Assembly (NCBI GenBank): GCA_964016885.1
Contig: OZ024743.1
Location: forward strand, 336,598,001-336,662,000
DNA: 64,000 nt
DNA from: Eledone cirrhosa
Taxonomy: Eukaryota
Direction of reading: 5' to 3'
A program made the translations under genes and the position numbers. Under the pieces are notes generated by a model. The model saw only the letters and a list, made by a program, of their open reading frames with translations. It did not search any database and was not told where the DNA came from. Position 1 is the stretch's first letter; each line of letters opens with the position of its first letter. Below are positions 41,080 through 55,387 of this stretch, in pieces.

Positions 41080-42900
41080 AGGCAGCATCGCAGCAAAATA
41101 TATGGCGAAGAGTGTTGATATTTCAAGGTCACTGAGCCTTACTCCATTTTCCACTGCAAACGGTTTTTAAATTAATATCCTTGTGGAGAGCTCATTTACA
41201 AACTTTTCATATTTACAACCTTTTCAGGACAGCCAATTCTTTTCAAAACCAACCACAATGCAGTCCTGTTAACAGTGTCGAACGCTTTTCTAAGGTCTAC
41301 AATGTAATGATATAGCAGGTGGATAGTGAAAATCATGTCATCTGTCCCGTGAAAGGGGCAAAAGCCACACTGGTATTCTGACACAGCTCTTGGAACGATG
41401 AATGTGTAAAAACGCTTTGAAGGAATACACGAGAGTACTTTTCTTACAAGAGATAACAAAGATATGCCACGAAAATTACCACATAAATCTTTAGGAGCAG
41501 ACTTAAAAAGTGATATTAAAATAGCATTGACCCAGTCCTGTGGTACTTCCTCCGCTCTCCAACTACAAAAGTAGTGAGTGAAGCATTTCGATCATCATCT
41601 GTCCACTACGTTTCAATATGTCTGAACTGATACCATTGATACGGGATATTTATTGTTATTTAACTTCTTCCCAGCTGCGGTGATGTCATCTACTGAAGGA
41701 TCAGAAGATATTTCTTCGATGACTGGAAGGTTATCCATTCTCTCAATTATGCCTATATTCACGCATGATGACCTGTTAAGCAGACCAGAGTAGTGTTGCA
41801 CCAACGTTTTTGTATAGATATGATATCAACGGATCTCACAGGGGAATATCGCAGTTGCACTATGAACAAATACCTTTTTACATTTGAAAAGAAGGCTTTA
41901 GAGTCTTTGCAGTCTGCAGCTGCTTCTGCTTCATTGGCTTTCTGTTGCTATCAATTTTCCTTTCTTTGCCGAAGACTGCTTCCCTCCAACAGGCCATGCT
42001 GCATGATCTACTACCTCTCTAGCATTAAAGTCACCCATGATTCCCAAGAACCTGATAACATTTGTCAATACTTTCAATGGAATGTGAATTTGTCGGTGCG
42101 TAAACACTCACAATTATCAGGATTGATCTTTTAGCTAGAGGCGGAAAGATATCGTACGTTCAGGTACAACACTAGGAAATTCTTGGATACAGTCTAGGAT
42201 TGAGTTTTTAATTGCAAAACCATCTCCTAAATCTCTTCTTTTACTTTCAGGCTGACCTTTCCAAAAGAAAATGTAACCTAATGGCTTTTCAGTAAGTTCG
42301 CCATGTCCAGGTAGATGTGTCTCAGATAATGCAATGAGGTCCAGATCATAAGTACTAATTTCTGTTGCAATTAATACTGTGCGATGTTCTGCTCTATCAT
42401 CGTTGTCTAAGAGAGCACGTACATTCCACCAAGCAAACTTCATAATAACCCTAGCTTTCTTTTGGGGGTGATTGTTTGTGTTTGTCACAATAGCAGGATG
42501 ACGACAGAGCCCAGACCGCGACATCCTAAGGTGCATGCCAGACCTGTTCACCTGAAGATATCAAGTCCTTACTGATGTTGTGTGAGATATTTCAATTAGA
42601 ATTGTGGATGCATTTTTAGGTTATAGCCAACCCCTCGTTACGGTCATAAATAACTAGGAAAGTGTGCAAGATGTACCTGTGAGAAATATTATTTTAAAAG
42701 TGGATGTAGCAGTCTCAGTACTACCTCACTTTTTGGTGCATGAAGTTGCTATTCGGTGTGACAAATAGTATGACAAGACTGAATACTTCATGAACTTCAG
42801 GTTTTTACATCGGAGTTTTTCTTCTAGGTAGATCACTAGCCAAGTTTACAGAGCTAATACCCCACACAAAAAGAAAAATAAATAAATAAAGGTTAGAAGA
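41080..42900 (-). mobile_element. Internally deleted RTE LINE
   Basis: WWNVRALLD..ALSETH..FFWKG; QCGF..DLRKAFDTVNR..IGCPEK. Confidence 0.88.
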
Positions 42901-42944
42901 TAAAAAAGATTGTAATGTTAAAAGGTGCATAAATACATATAATG

Positions 42945-43490
42945 AAGGCATGCACAGTAGTGGAATTTAGCTGCCCAGCAGATGCCAATATATTAAAGAT
43001 TAACGAAAAGGAGAACATCTATGTAGAACTAATGAGAAATCTGCAGATACTCCAACTTAACTATACCTTCAGATTTATACTTATGATCATCGGGTCTCTG
43101 GGATATGTGACTAAGTACCTCAATACAGATCTTGAGAAGCTGGGCTTCACAAAACCGGAAAGGGCACAACTAGTTAGGAAGTTACAAGTACAATCCATTA
43201 ATGGAACTTTAAAATTATATAAAACATTCCAGACATTCTGCATGAAATAAGTGCATATACACATATATAGATACACAAGATATGCACAGGCACATAGATG
43301 ACACAAAGCATACAGATCTACACATACATTAACATCCATACATGCACACACACACAAACACAATCAAAATCACACGCCCGCAGGCAGACATGCAGACATA
43401 TTTACCAAGTTGATGTCTAAATTCCAATGAATGAGTCTTCTGTCTATGTTAGAAACAAACTCTCACTGTATTGTTAAATATTCATAGCAT
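42945..43490 (+). mobile_element. R4/Dong-like non-LTR 3' fragment
   Basis: KACTVVEFSCPAD..EKENIY..IIGSLGYV..LQVQSINGTLK; 3' UTR matches 35660-35850. Confidence 0.75.
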
Positions 43491-43785
43491 CGAAATATTG
43501 TTAAATATTCTGAGCATCGAAAACACTACCCGAAAAGGAGAACTGGTCAACATCATCGGATGCTTCCGAGGCCGCAGATTTTTTGGGGGTTTTTTCAGAG
43601 TATCCCTCTCTTAGAAAGGTGTTGTGACAACAATTGAGGCCTTTCATTCACAGGTAAAAAAGAAAAGTACTATTTGGATGGCCGTTGACATACATACATA
43701 CATATATACGTACGTACATACATACATACGTACATAGATATGTATAATTGATTACATTAAAAGAATCAAAACAAAAATAACTTAC

Positions 43786-43952
43786 CATATACATCATAGG
43801 CTATTGAAATAATGCAACAAGAGGATAAGTGCTTGAATGTCGTACATCGAGAATGATATTTCACAATGGCATCGGAAATTGTTTTATTTTTACAAAAGCA
43901 TGTGTGTTTTGTAGTTGCCCGGTTGAGGTTATATCCCCCTGTTGCACTATAT
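43786..43952 (-). CDS. Candidate host-gene internal exon (167 nt, phase 2-1), Cys-rich
   Basis: Acceptor TTTCTTTCTAGTTTTTAG, donor G|GTAAGT, open frame YSATGGYNLNRATTKHTCFCKNKTISDAIVKYHSRCTTFKHLSSCCIISIAYDVY. Confidence 0.55.
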
Positions 43953-43991
43953 CTAAAAACTAGAAAGAAAAATTGTCAAAATAAATTATCG

Positions 43992-44129
<138 letters not shown>

Positions 44130-44204
44130 ACACATACACACACACACACACACAAATATGCACACATACACTCACACACACACACACATATATATATATA
44201 TCTG

Positions 44205-44228
<24 letters not shown>

Positions 44229-44238
<10 letters not shown>

Positions 44239-44438
44239 GAATAGCTTTCACCGTATTTTTGACTACAGGAATTTTAGCCTGATAATCGGGTTTAGAAACC
44301 TCAGAATGGAAAAAGATGAGTATTGACGTACTATACGTCAATACTCATCTTTTTCCATTTATCTCAGGATTCTAAACCCCATTATCCGGCTAAAATTCCT
44401 TTAGTCAAAAATACGGTGAAAGCTATTCTATTTTCTAA
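44229..44438. repeat. Fold-back palindrome, arms of about 100 bp
   Basis: TTAGAAAATAGAATAGCTTTCACCG..ATTGACGTA / TACGTCAAT..CGGTGAAAGCTATTCTATTTTCTAA; single arm at 46805-46908. Confidence 0.9.
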
Positions 44439-44494
44439 TTTCAAACCTGCTCACTGTTTCAAAACATACTTACTTGATATATATATATATATAC

Positions 44495-45105
44495 GTTTGA
44501 AGTTAGAAGGCCAAAACAATGCAGGTATGGGTATAGAATATAAATACAAATGCAAAAGATATCGCTGACAATTAGTCTTTTACCTTGAATTTATTTGAAT
44601 ATCCTTAATTTTCGAGATAATATCTCTTCTTCGGAGGGAAGTAAATGGGTTAATCCAGTGTTCTAATTAGCTTGCCAAGTCATGCTGACAGGAAATAGTA
44701 AAGAAATTCCATTCTATTTCTAATGTCAAAGAGTGAAGGTTAGGTGGATAAAGGGTTGTCTCCCTTTAAAAGGGTTTGGACATGTATGTCTAAGTGTGTG
44801 TGAGAGAATACGTGAAGGTGTAAGCATGCGTGTGAGTGAGAGTATAAGAGGACATGTTTATATGTAAATGTGGGGACTACATGCTCTATCATGTTAAAAC
44901 TGGTCTATCTGTGTGTATGTGTGGTGTGAGAGAGAGAATAAGTGAAGGTGTAAGCGTGCGTGTGTGTGTGTGAGATGGTACGTGGAGGTGTAAGCGTGGG
45001 GCTAGGTGCTCTATCATGTTAAAAATTGGGTGTTGAGTTCTAGTCTGTTATTGATTGGTGGTTGTGTTTTGTCAATATTAAGTGCTTCTTTAATTCTAAG
45101 ATTTC
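44495..45105 (-). mobile_element. 3' end/pLTR of the Poseidon-like PLE with hammerhead at 44603-44637
   Basis: Reverse complement of 22820-23480. Confidence 0.85.
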
Positions 45106-45284
45106 CGAAGTCTTTCCAACCAGAATGGTTGCATTTTTTCAGGGTATGTCAATATTTATTTATAAAACTAACCTATATTATATTTTATCTGATGAAAGCG
45201 CACCATAATTTGCCTTGGTGGCCCTTGACATATGTATAATGAAATAAATATGGTTTTATAAATATAGTTTCCATTTGTTAATAT

Positions 45285-45389
<105 letters not shown>

Positions 45390-45407
45390 AGAGAGAGAGA
45401 ATAACAA

Positions 45408-46510
45408 TCTATATATATAAAACTGTGGTTGTCAGTCTGTCTATCGATTTTTGGCACACATCTCCTCTTAGAATCTCTGACGGAATTGCACCGAAATTGC
45501 TATACTTGAACATTGAGCCCTAGCGAAGACATCGGAAAAAAATATTTCAAATTGACCCGCCCTATCTGACGAAATCGAATATAATGTATCGATTTTTGAG
45601 CGTAAGTGATCAGTTATTTCCCTTTGTTCTGTTTACATTCAGCGTAGCGTCTTACGTTCTCTTTACATTTTCTGCGTGCAAAAATTAAAAAAATGATTTC
45701 CCTTTGTTCTGTTTACATTCAGCGTAGCGTCTTACGTTCTGTTTACATTTTCTGCGTGCAAAAATTAAAAAAATTACGCTGGCAAAAATTAAAAAAATTA
45801 CGCTGGCTTTCTCAGCGTTTAAAATGACATTAACACAATACACGAACAGTTGTCGAGCCAGCAAAATTTTGACCTGCAAAATTCATCAGTTCGAACACTA
45901 AGCTTCCGTTTTGCTTCATTTCCATTTAAAAGCCTTTTAAAACAATATTTTTACTTGAAAACAAGTCTATTTAAAGACTACGTAAAACAAGCAAATATTT
46001 CGTAAAAAAAAGCAAAAATTATATAAGTTTATTTAAAATATATGTATCTGTAAATTTCGTTAGGCGTGCAGACAGACAGTCGTGCAGACAGACAGTCGTG
46101 CAGAGAGGTAATATAGGCGTGCAGACAGACAGTCGTGCAGAGAGGTGATATAGGCGTGCAGACAGACAGTCGTGCAGAGAGGTGATATAGGCGTGCAGAC
46201 AGACATAACTGATAATTTGGTTACGCTAATGTTTTTCTCTGCGTTGCAGTGTTTACATTTTCGATCTTTGTTAATAAATAACCAGTGCAGTTTTTATCCC
46301 CAGCATCCTCTTTTGTTATAACATTCGGGTTATCGTTATGTTTTCTTAACTTCATAAGGCATATTGTTGGTTGAGGGAATATTAATCAAAAACACCACAT
46401 GCAAGTCTGCACAGTAGACACTACAGTTTTTAAGCCAAAAAAGAAACTTAACATTGTAACTTTAACACAGCTACTGAGCGACCCCGAGCAACGCCGGGCT
46501 TTACTGCTAG
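45408..46510 (+). mobile_element. Non-autonomous Helitron
   Basis: A|TC 5' end, 3' hairpin CCCGAGCAACGCCGGG then CTAG|T, no TSD; internal 80-bp duplication and 37-bp tandem repeat at 46060-46205. Confidence 0.85.
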
Positions 46511-46596
46511 TATATCGTTAAAGGTAATCCGATAAGAGGTTCTGAAAACTACTTATCATAGTTTATACTGTTGACCATGTAGTTCTTCACTTTTAC

Positions 46597-46803
<207 letters not shown>

Positions 46804-46926
46804 AATGTAGCTATCGTTGTATTTTGACTAAAGAAATTAAAGAAATTATTTAGCCTGATAGTGGGGTTAAGAACCCTCGGAGAAACGGAAAAAGATGAGT
46901 ATTGACGCACATATATATATATATAT

Positions 46927-47437
46927 ATTAGAAACAAAGGTTTTTTTTACAAAATGAAAGTAACCGAAGTGTCCTACACGAGTGAAACTATAAGGAAAAA
47001 AGATGAAATCGAAAATGCAACTGGAGTCTTCTTATTTTTAAATATATATTTATTTGGTTCCTTTACCTGTTTCGCAGTTCTTCTGTTTTTCAAAAGTAGA
47101 ATTGAGATGGCGGGTTTGGAAAACCACAAACCCGCCATCTCAATTCTCCTTTTGAAAAACAGAAGAACTGCGAAACCGGTAAAGTAACCAAATAAATATA
47201 TATATTATTTTAAAAAGACTCCAGTTGCATTTTCGATTTCATCTTTTTTCCTTATATATATATATAAACGGAAAAAATGAAACGAAATTACATTTCTCAC
47301 TCTTAGTACTGCTGTTACTTAAATATAAATATGTATACGTACATACATATATGTATACAGACGTAGAGTAGTATGTATATATATATATATACATACTACT
47401 GTACGTCTGTATACATATGTGTATGTATGTATACATA

Positions 47438-47486
<49 letters not shown>

Positions 47487-47566
47487 ATAATAAATTGGAA
47501 GACTAAAATCCTAATCTGTTATTTTAATAATTATATATATATATACATATATACATACATATAGAT

Positions 47567-47654
<88 letters not shown>

Positions 47655-47737
47655 CTATATGTATGTATATATGTATATATATATATATAATTATTAAAAT
47701 AACAGATTAGGATTTTAGTCTTCCAATTTATTATTAC

Positions 47738-47832
<95 letters not shown>

Positions 47833-48046
47833 ATATAAGGAAAAAAGATGAAATCGAAAATGCAACTGGATTCTTTTTAAAAATATTTATTTGGTTCCTT
47901 TACCGGTAAAGGAACCAAATAAATATTTTTAAAAAGACTCCAGTTGCATTTTCGATTTCTTCGATTTCATCTTTTTCCCTTATACCTTCACTCTGTAGGA
48001 CACTTCGGTTATTTTTATTTTGTAAAAAAAAACCTTACTTTCTAAT
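46927..48046. repeat. Nested palindrome cluster built from Neptune-like pLTRs and microsatellites; hammerheads at 47060-47096 (-) and 47148-47184 (+)
   Basis: Fold-backs centred near 47122, 47385, 47605 and 47904/5; outer ends are inverted pLTR tails. Confidence 0.88.
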
Positions 48047-48193
48047 ATATATATTATTAGTTATAACAATGACATATAGAAGTACTTAATTTTCGTTGGG
48101 TTATTCACCCCGAATCATTATAATATTTGTTTCTACTTTAGGCACAAGACCAGCAATTACCCAGTGCATTACTGGTACTTTATTATAATATTG

Positions 48194-48385
48194 GGCGGTG
48201 GATTGGCAGTATCGGTAGAGGGTCGGACGCCATGCTTTGCAGCAAAGAGTTACGGCCCTTTATGGTCTGACTCCAAATCCCGCCGAAGTTAACTTTGCCT
48301 TTCATCCTTACGGGGTCAATAAAATAAAGTACCAGTAATACACTTGGATAATCGCTGGCCTTGTGCCAAAAATTAGAAACAATTA
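48194..48385 (+). mobile_element. tRNA/Nin SINE
   Basis: Same family as 6449-6633; further copies at 53421-53560 (+), 34855-34985 (+), 50955-51055 (-), 51535-51690 (-), 5480-5625 (-). Confidence 0.88.
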
Positions 48386-48601
48386 TAATATTGTAACTAA
48401 TTATACTTATCTCGTCCAATGGATATTTATGCAAAATTTACACTACAGTATATATATATATTTGAAATGAAACAGTTCTAGTCCTCTAGAAGCCATTTCT
48501 ATATTAAACATATATATGTATGTAAAAGGTAAACAGAAATAACAACACAATCGGTACAGTATATGGAACGGGTATGTTAGGTTAATATAGCAGGAAGAGG
48601 G

Positions 48602-48637
48602 TCTTAACGTTTTGGACGCTAGTCCTTCGTCAGAAGA
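48602..48637 (-). ncRNA. Minimal hammerhead, G12->A damaged copy
   Basis: TCTT-CTGACGA-A-GGAC/TAGC/GTCC-AAAA-CG-TT-AAGA; lies in repeat 48525-48735, inverted copy at 55255-55475. Confidence 0.65.
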
Positions 48638-48896
48638 AATAATGAGAAATAATATTGATTGAGGGGACGGGTGGGTTGGAATTAGAAAAAATGTCTTTAG
48701 ATAAAAATAACAGGTCCACTCATGTTGACATCTCTTGTATAGTAATAATAATAAATGTGAAGACTAAAATCAGACCAAGAGGGTTCGATAGGGATAATAT
48801 ATATATCAAGATATATAAAACCATATATATTTATCAAAATAACAGATTAAAGTTTAAGCGATTCTTTGCTTAAACTTTAATCTGTTATTTTAATAA

Positions 48897-49046
<150 letters not shown>

Positions 49047-49111
49047 TCGCGCGTATGTATGTGTGTGTGTTAAGTATTTCCGAAGAAAAAGCAAAGGAAA
49101 ATTCTAATTAA

Positions 49112-49200
<89 letters not shown>

Positions 49201-49399
49201 GAGAGGAATAATATATTAATGACGAATAATTGCAATTATTAAACACTGTTTATCATTTAGTCGATAAAATTATATCTTGATAAGTCTCATGAACACACTA
49301 GATTCAAATTATAAACAATATTTTATTATTATATTTTTTATTGAAGATATGAACTGAAAAATGTACTGAAACTGATAACCTCAAAAACCACATGTAATC

Positions 49400-50745
49400 G
49401 ATGGTCGATGCTATTATTAGCTTCTGATTGATCCACGTCGATCAGAGACAAACAGATGCCATGTTTAGTTTCTACCCTCTCAGCAATGTATCACATGGGA
49501 GTCGGGATATCCAGCATGAACTGGGTCTACATTACACAAGACCCAACTTCCCACAAGGCCAAAATTTTAAACTCTGTGTTAAGCAGAGTTATGGGCCGGG
49601 AATTTTCAATTACGTTCCCCTCGTTCACATATTTACTCATTAATTGTATCACTCCACAGCTCACAGAAATGGGGCTCTCCCATTCTGCTGCCGGTTGCAG
49701 TTGACAGCTGCCAGTAGATCGGTGAACACGTCTGGCATTAAACAAATTTTGCTTCATCGTGTTTAAGAGCATGAGTTATAACTCTGACAAAGCAGCTTTT
49801 CTATTTAACGCTGAGATAGCCTAGTACTTTTTCCGCTGCTAGTTTCGATTCCCTTTCTTTCTACTAGGTCTCTCGGCATTTTAACGTCTTCTATCGTTAC
49901 TTCTTAGCTAAAAATTGTAGAATGTATTCTTATGGTTCTCTTTGTATTCTGATGGTTCTCTTTTGGGAGACAAGCTACCACTTATTGATGATTATCTCCG
50001 TCAATTCACATTCAAATAACTTACTATTGATTGTTGTAACATTTCTGAACTGGAAACGACACATTCAGCTACTAGTAACCAGGGCTCTGTCACAAACTAT
50101 AAGGCCAACCACATGAAAATATTAACAACATTTACTAGCACTACCCAATGACGTAACAAAAATTTAATTTTGTGCAAGTTCATATTTATACATTTACGAA
50201 AGCTTGTTGGTACCTTTCAGATTAACCGACTAACTGAGCAGGTTTCAGAGATTTTTGTCCCCACTCCCCACATTAATATAGGGCATTTCCACACAATCCC
50301 ATCGTTCATCTTAAATTCAATTCCAGTCACTAAAACAAAAAAGGGACTAGAATAATTTTAGACTACTAAATATGTTTGACCGCCAGATTAAAGTCTTGGT
50401 ACTAAGAGTAACAGGACTGTCTTCACAGTTGATTGCATCCAATACAACGGACATACTATCCGACTTCACTATCATTAACTCAAAACCAAGATATTAGCTA
50501 ATAATAGTCTTCCTCGATTCATCCTAATAGAAAGAGGCATACATTTGTGAAGATACATAGATTAATATTTAAGGTGTTTAGCTCAGAATTCTTGAATTCG
50601 ATTCCCGGCGGCGTATTGTGTTTTCGAACAAGACACGTTTTTCGTGTTGCTCCAACCACCACAGTTGGAAAACAAAAGGTTGTAACTATAATTCAAAAAG
50701 TCTGCCTTGATACACATATGTTCATACTGAATAACTATAAAAATT
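49400..50745 (-). mobile_element. Old Tx1/L1-like ORF2 remnant
   Basis: RPITLLNTEFKILA, DWN..DERWDCV and other segments align by eye to ORF2 at 59914-61710. Confidence 0.75.
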
Positions 50746-51741
50746 ACGTTACGGGTACATGTGTCTACGGAATGCCCAGCTACTTGTACATTAATTTTAC
50801 GAGCAGTCTGTTGCTTTGTTGCACACAAATGGGACACTCGTCGTTTGAATCGTTCGAAGAAATAGTGCCATGCATGCGACTCGGAAATGGATTCGGGATC
50901 ATTATACAACTAACCCTGCTTCTAAACCAATCTCGGATTATGTGCAGGAAAAGCAAAGTTGAACACGGCGGAATTTGAACATAGAGCGCAGAGACATGGA
51001 ACGAGTATCGCAAATCATTCTACCCGACGTTCTAACGACTCGCAAATTCGCCGACTACTATAATGTATAAGCAAACAGAACAAAAATATGCTGCATAATA
51101 ATAGGTGATAAAGAAATAGACTGATAACCCTAAGATCAATATAAATACAGAACATGCAGAAAAGTGCAATACTACACATTTCATACATATGCTACTACGG
51201 TTCACCTACAACACTATCAGGCGTTACGGCTCGGTACATCAAAGTCCTGTATGTATGTTTCTCTTTCTCTTAATTTCGAGTAAATTGTTGACCGGCCACC
51301 TTCCTGGTGGCAAGGTTGTAAAAGAAAAGAAATTATCATCCCTTGAATCGCAAGAATGTTTTGCAATGCAACAGTGGTTCATTTGTCTTTTTAATTATGT
51401 ACGTTTATTATATGTATGGACATCGGGACATGCAGCGTATATTTGTTAATGTTAAAGAAAGCGGAGCCCATCACGGAGTTTTTTCCAGAGAAAGAAAGAA
51501 ATAGGAACTGAGAAAGAAATATAGAGGAAGAATCGATCCCAGAAATGGACTGTCATATTTTTTGTCGATATCGGAAAGATGAAAGGTAAATGTGATCTCG
51601 ACGGAAAGGGCAGAAAGCTGGAAAAATATTACAAAAAACTAGAGCGAATACTGTCAAGCATTCTATTCGATGATCTAGCTAATCCGGCAGTTTTATGGCC
51701 TACATTCATATATATATAATTGGATAGAAAAAATAAATTAC

Positions 51742-51844
51742 CTTCTGCAGGTGGAGTTTCTTTGTTTGGTGGGATGTTGGCGACAGCTAGGATGGTGATT
51801 GGTATGAAGACAAATAAAAGAGTACCGAGTGGAGACATTTTCAT
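51742..51844 (-). CDS. Candidate first coding exon with signal peptide
   Basis: MKMSPLGTLLFVFIPITILAVANIPPNKETPPAE followed by donor AG|GTAATT (phase 1); basic N-terminus, hydrophobic core, AVA cleavage-like motif. Confidence 0.5.
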
Positions 51845-52819
51845 TGAATTGTCTTTATATCACAAAAGAGATGTAATGTAATAATAAAGATATAGAGATG
51901 TGTATACTAAATCAACGTGGTGAGAATTAATGTGAGAAACGTCAGCGACATACGCATATATGTGTGTGTGTATAATTGTATGTGTTTATGCGTGTTTGTT
52001 TTTGTGTGTGCGTGACTGTCTATATATTTGTATGTATATATATATATATATATAAATACATATATATAACGAAGGAGGTGTGGTAAGGAACCAGATGGAC
52101 CATAACGCACCAGAATACTCAATACTTAGGGTAGTAGAGTGGGTAATAGGAAAATGTTTAACCTCGATGGCAGAGCTAAAGCCGTTTCGACGGCTATTTC
52201 TGAACTGAATATATATATATTTATACATCCATAATTATATATATATAACTATGGATGTACGTATCTATATATACTCATTTATGTTGCCACAAATATGTAT
52301 GTGAATAATCTTTTATGTGTGTATGTGTGTATGTATGTATGTATGTATGTATGTATGTATGTATGTATGTATGTATGTATGTATGTATGTATGTATTATG
52401 TACGTATGTATGTATGCATATTTTTCTGTGTAAAAGTTGGTGTGCTAGATTTATTAGTTCCGTGAGGCTACTTGATAAATAAATAAACAGATATAAGAAC
52501 AGGATAAAAACCTACTTAAACAATTTTAAAAAAACGGATGAGACCAAAATGTGAGACAGACATAAAAAAATATATGTTTAAAAATTGGTATGACAACAAT
52601 AACAACAACGATATGAGATAAAGTGGTCATCTCGACATACTACATATCACGGCCAAATCTCTTTCCAAATGATACATTAGATAGTATGGTGCTAAGGGCG
52701 TGTAATTCGGGGAAAAAAGGCTTCTGGTGACTGCAAAAACCTTGACCATTAGATCTCTATAATCAAAAGAAAAAAGGTTAAAAGCATTGAATATACTGAA
52801 GTACTGTAAATGTTTTATA

Positions 52820-53390
52820 ATTTCGAAGGAGGTAGATCCCTCATCTGAGACGCCAGCTGCTGCGACACGTTCTCCGCCTCCAACTTAGTCGCTTCGGCCA
52901 CAAACCCCGGCATCGCAGCCCGCCTCGCAGAGGGAAGTAAAATAAAGAAATACCGGGGTTTGTCCGTCTGCTTCCTCTTCGCACCGGTCGCTGTCGAGGG
53001 TCGCTGTCGAGACCTCGGGCATAATTGGACCCCGTACTACTGAGCTCCTCCGCAAGTTCGAAGCATCAGCAGCCCGTCTGAGGAGCGAGCCCCGGAAGGT
53101 AGGGTGGCTATTGTAGCGGGTCTCACTGGCCATCGCCCGAGGGAATGCTTTTGCCATCTTCTCAGCGGGGCGCAGCACTTATGCTATCTTGCTCTAGGCC
53201 CAAAGCCCAATCACCCTCCCCTTCACCCATCCCCTCTTTTCTACGACACCAGAGCTCTTAACACCCCCCTCCCGATCTTGTTCTTTCTTTCTCTCCTTCT
53301 CTTTTTTTCTATATTTCCCTATTCTTTCTTTCCTTTTGTTTCCCCTTCTTTTTTATTTATATATTGAAACTAAACATTTACGTAAAATAA
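52820..53390 (+). mobile_element. CRE-like non-LTR retrotransposon 3' fragment
   Basis: GRSLI*DASCCDTF..AARLAEGSKIKKY..FAPVAVETSGIIG..WLL*RVSLAIARGNAFAI; pyrimidine-rich 3' UTR and AATAAA. Confidence 0.85.
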
Positions 53391-53799
53391 ATTTTCTATA
53401 ATTGTCTTTATTACTTTCAGGGACGGTGGATTGTCAGTATCGGTAGGGGGTCGGACACCATGCTTTGCAGTAAAGTGTTACGGCCCTTTTCGGTCTGAGT
53501 TCAAATCCCGCCGAGCTTAACTTTGCCTTTTATCTTTACGGTGTCGATAAAATAAAATACTGATTATTACTGGAATTCTATAAGAATCCAACATTCATAA
53601 GTTTTCAACAGACAAGGGTAGTGCTAAGCTCTTAGGAATGCCAACAGTATGAAACAGAGAGCTGTCAGCTTATCTCCCTTTGTTTATTGAAAAAAGAAGT
53701 AGGTGACATAGGTAGTCACTACTTTAAAACAATAGCGTAAGGTCTTCAAAATGGTTTTAATTAAGCATACAGTGTATTAACAAATACACTATATATACA

Positions 53800-53841
<42 letters not shown>

Positions 53842-53952
53842 GTAGAAATGGCTTCTACAGGACTAGAATTGTTTCATTCGGGAGAATTTATACTCTGCTA
53901 TGTATTGAGTAGCTTACTTACTGTGGTTACCCACGATTGAACCCGGGGTAAA

Positions 53953-54011
<59 letters not shown>

Positions 54012-54547
54012 CCTTGGGTCCTATTTTGCTCAAGGACTCAGCTCACCTCCCCAATTTCTTTAATACCCCGTCCATTATCACACACGCGCTTGTACAATCA
54101 CCCTATGGCTCTCTTATGGTCAGAAACATATTTTCTTACAACTGATACAGACTCCACTTTCCAAATTATGCACACTCCACTTTTCCCTTCACAGCTCTGT
54201 ATACACACATACACACCCTTATATTAACATACTTTTGCTCATAGCTCCGTATTTACAAGCACACACACACTCTTTTACTTACATATACACACGCATTTCT
54301 TCTTAGCTTCGTACAGATATATAATAACACATACACACGCGCGCGCACGCAGAGGCACCGCATGCATACGCACGCGCACAAGTCTAGGTCTTTTTACAAA
54401 ACATTTTTTTTTCCATTTCAGGTAGACGGGCTCCATCATCTACTTTTCTAAAAAAATAAATCATGCACAAAATGCCAGCATCAACAGTCCCTTACGATTT
54501 GAACACATATATGTATATATCTGTGTTTATCTCTCTTTTATATTCAA

Positions 54548-55163
54548 CTAGCAGAATGGCCCGGCGTTGCTCAGGATTTGCTCTAGGGTTCTTATATATT
54601 TATCCTTATCGAGCCTCGTGAAATAAATACGTTTGTTTATATTTTGTTATTGTGTATGCAAAAATATCTGTACACGAATATATAATTATATATATATATA
54701 TATATTAAAATAACAGATTAAAGTTTAAGCAAAGAATCGCTGCTTTCACCCTTAACGGGATATTCTGAAACTAAAAAAATCAATCTGTGAACGCAGAAGT
54801 AAATATTTCGAAAAACGTTACACACTCTATATATATACACACACTATATATACATATATACACACAGATACCGCGTCATAATGTCGTAATGCAGACAGCC
54901 AGACATACAGACAGATATTATAAGGGCGCAACGTTATATCTATGTATCAATCTAAAAAGAGAAATACTAAGAATTATAGAGAGAGATCGCTAAATCGCCT
55001 AATGCGGTCCCTAGGGCATTGAACATTTGAAATAATTTTTGCTCAAAACACTCACAGGACCATATGTATTACATGTGTAATGTTTGAAAACAATCAGTTG
55101 GGTGGTTCTCGAGTTTTAGTGAGTGGACAGACAGACAGACATTCTCTGTTTCAGATATATAGA
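54548..55163 (-). mobile_element. Non-autonomous Helitron
   Basis: Minus strand A|TCTATATA..(TGTC)n 5' end; 3' CCTGAGCAACGCCGGG..CTAG|T. Confidence 0.75.
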
Positions 55164-55351
55164 TTATACTATACGGCTCGGAAAAATCTCTTTCCTTGAG
55201 CTATTTAATTGTAAGAGACTAGTTTGAGTTTCTAACTCAATATATACCTTCAAGAGATGTCAACATGAATGGACCTGTTATTTTTATCTGAAGACATTTT
55301 TTTCCAATTCCATCCCGCCCGTCCCCTCAATCTATCTTATTTCTCATTCTT

Positions 55352-55387
55352 TCTTCTGATGTAGGACTAGCGTCCGAAAGGTTAAGA
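55352..55387 (+). ncRNA. Minimal hammerhead, A9->T damaged copy
   Basis: TCTT-CTGATGT-A-GGAC/TAGC/GTCC-GAAA-GG-TT-AAGA. Confidence 0.65.

Noticed and set aside
50583-51013. Apparent WSC-like exon (ECPIC..VAGHSVDTC..CGG)
   Set aside because: The lower part is an alternative frame of the old Tx1-like ORF2 start, and 50755-50870 resembles the repeat at 28325-28420.
51190-51510. Missing phase 1-to-2 exon of the candidate gene
   Set aside because: An acceptor-like site exists near 51508, but the required frame stops after 18 codons and no donor fits.
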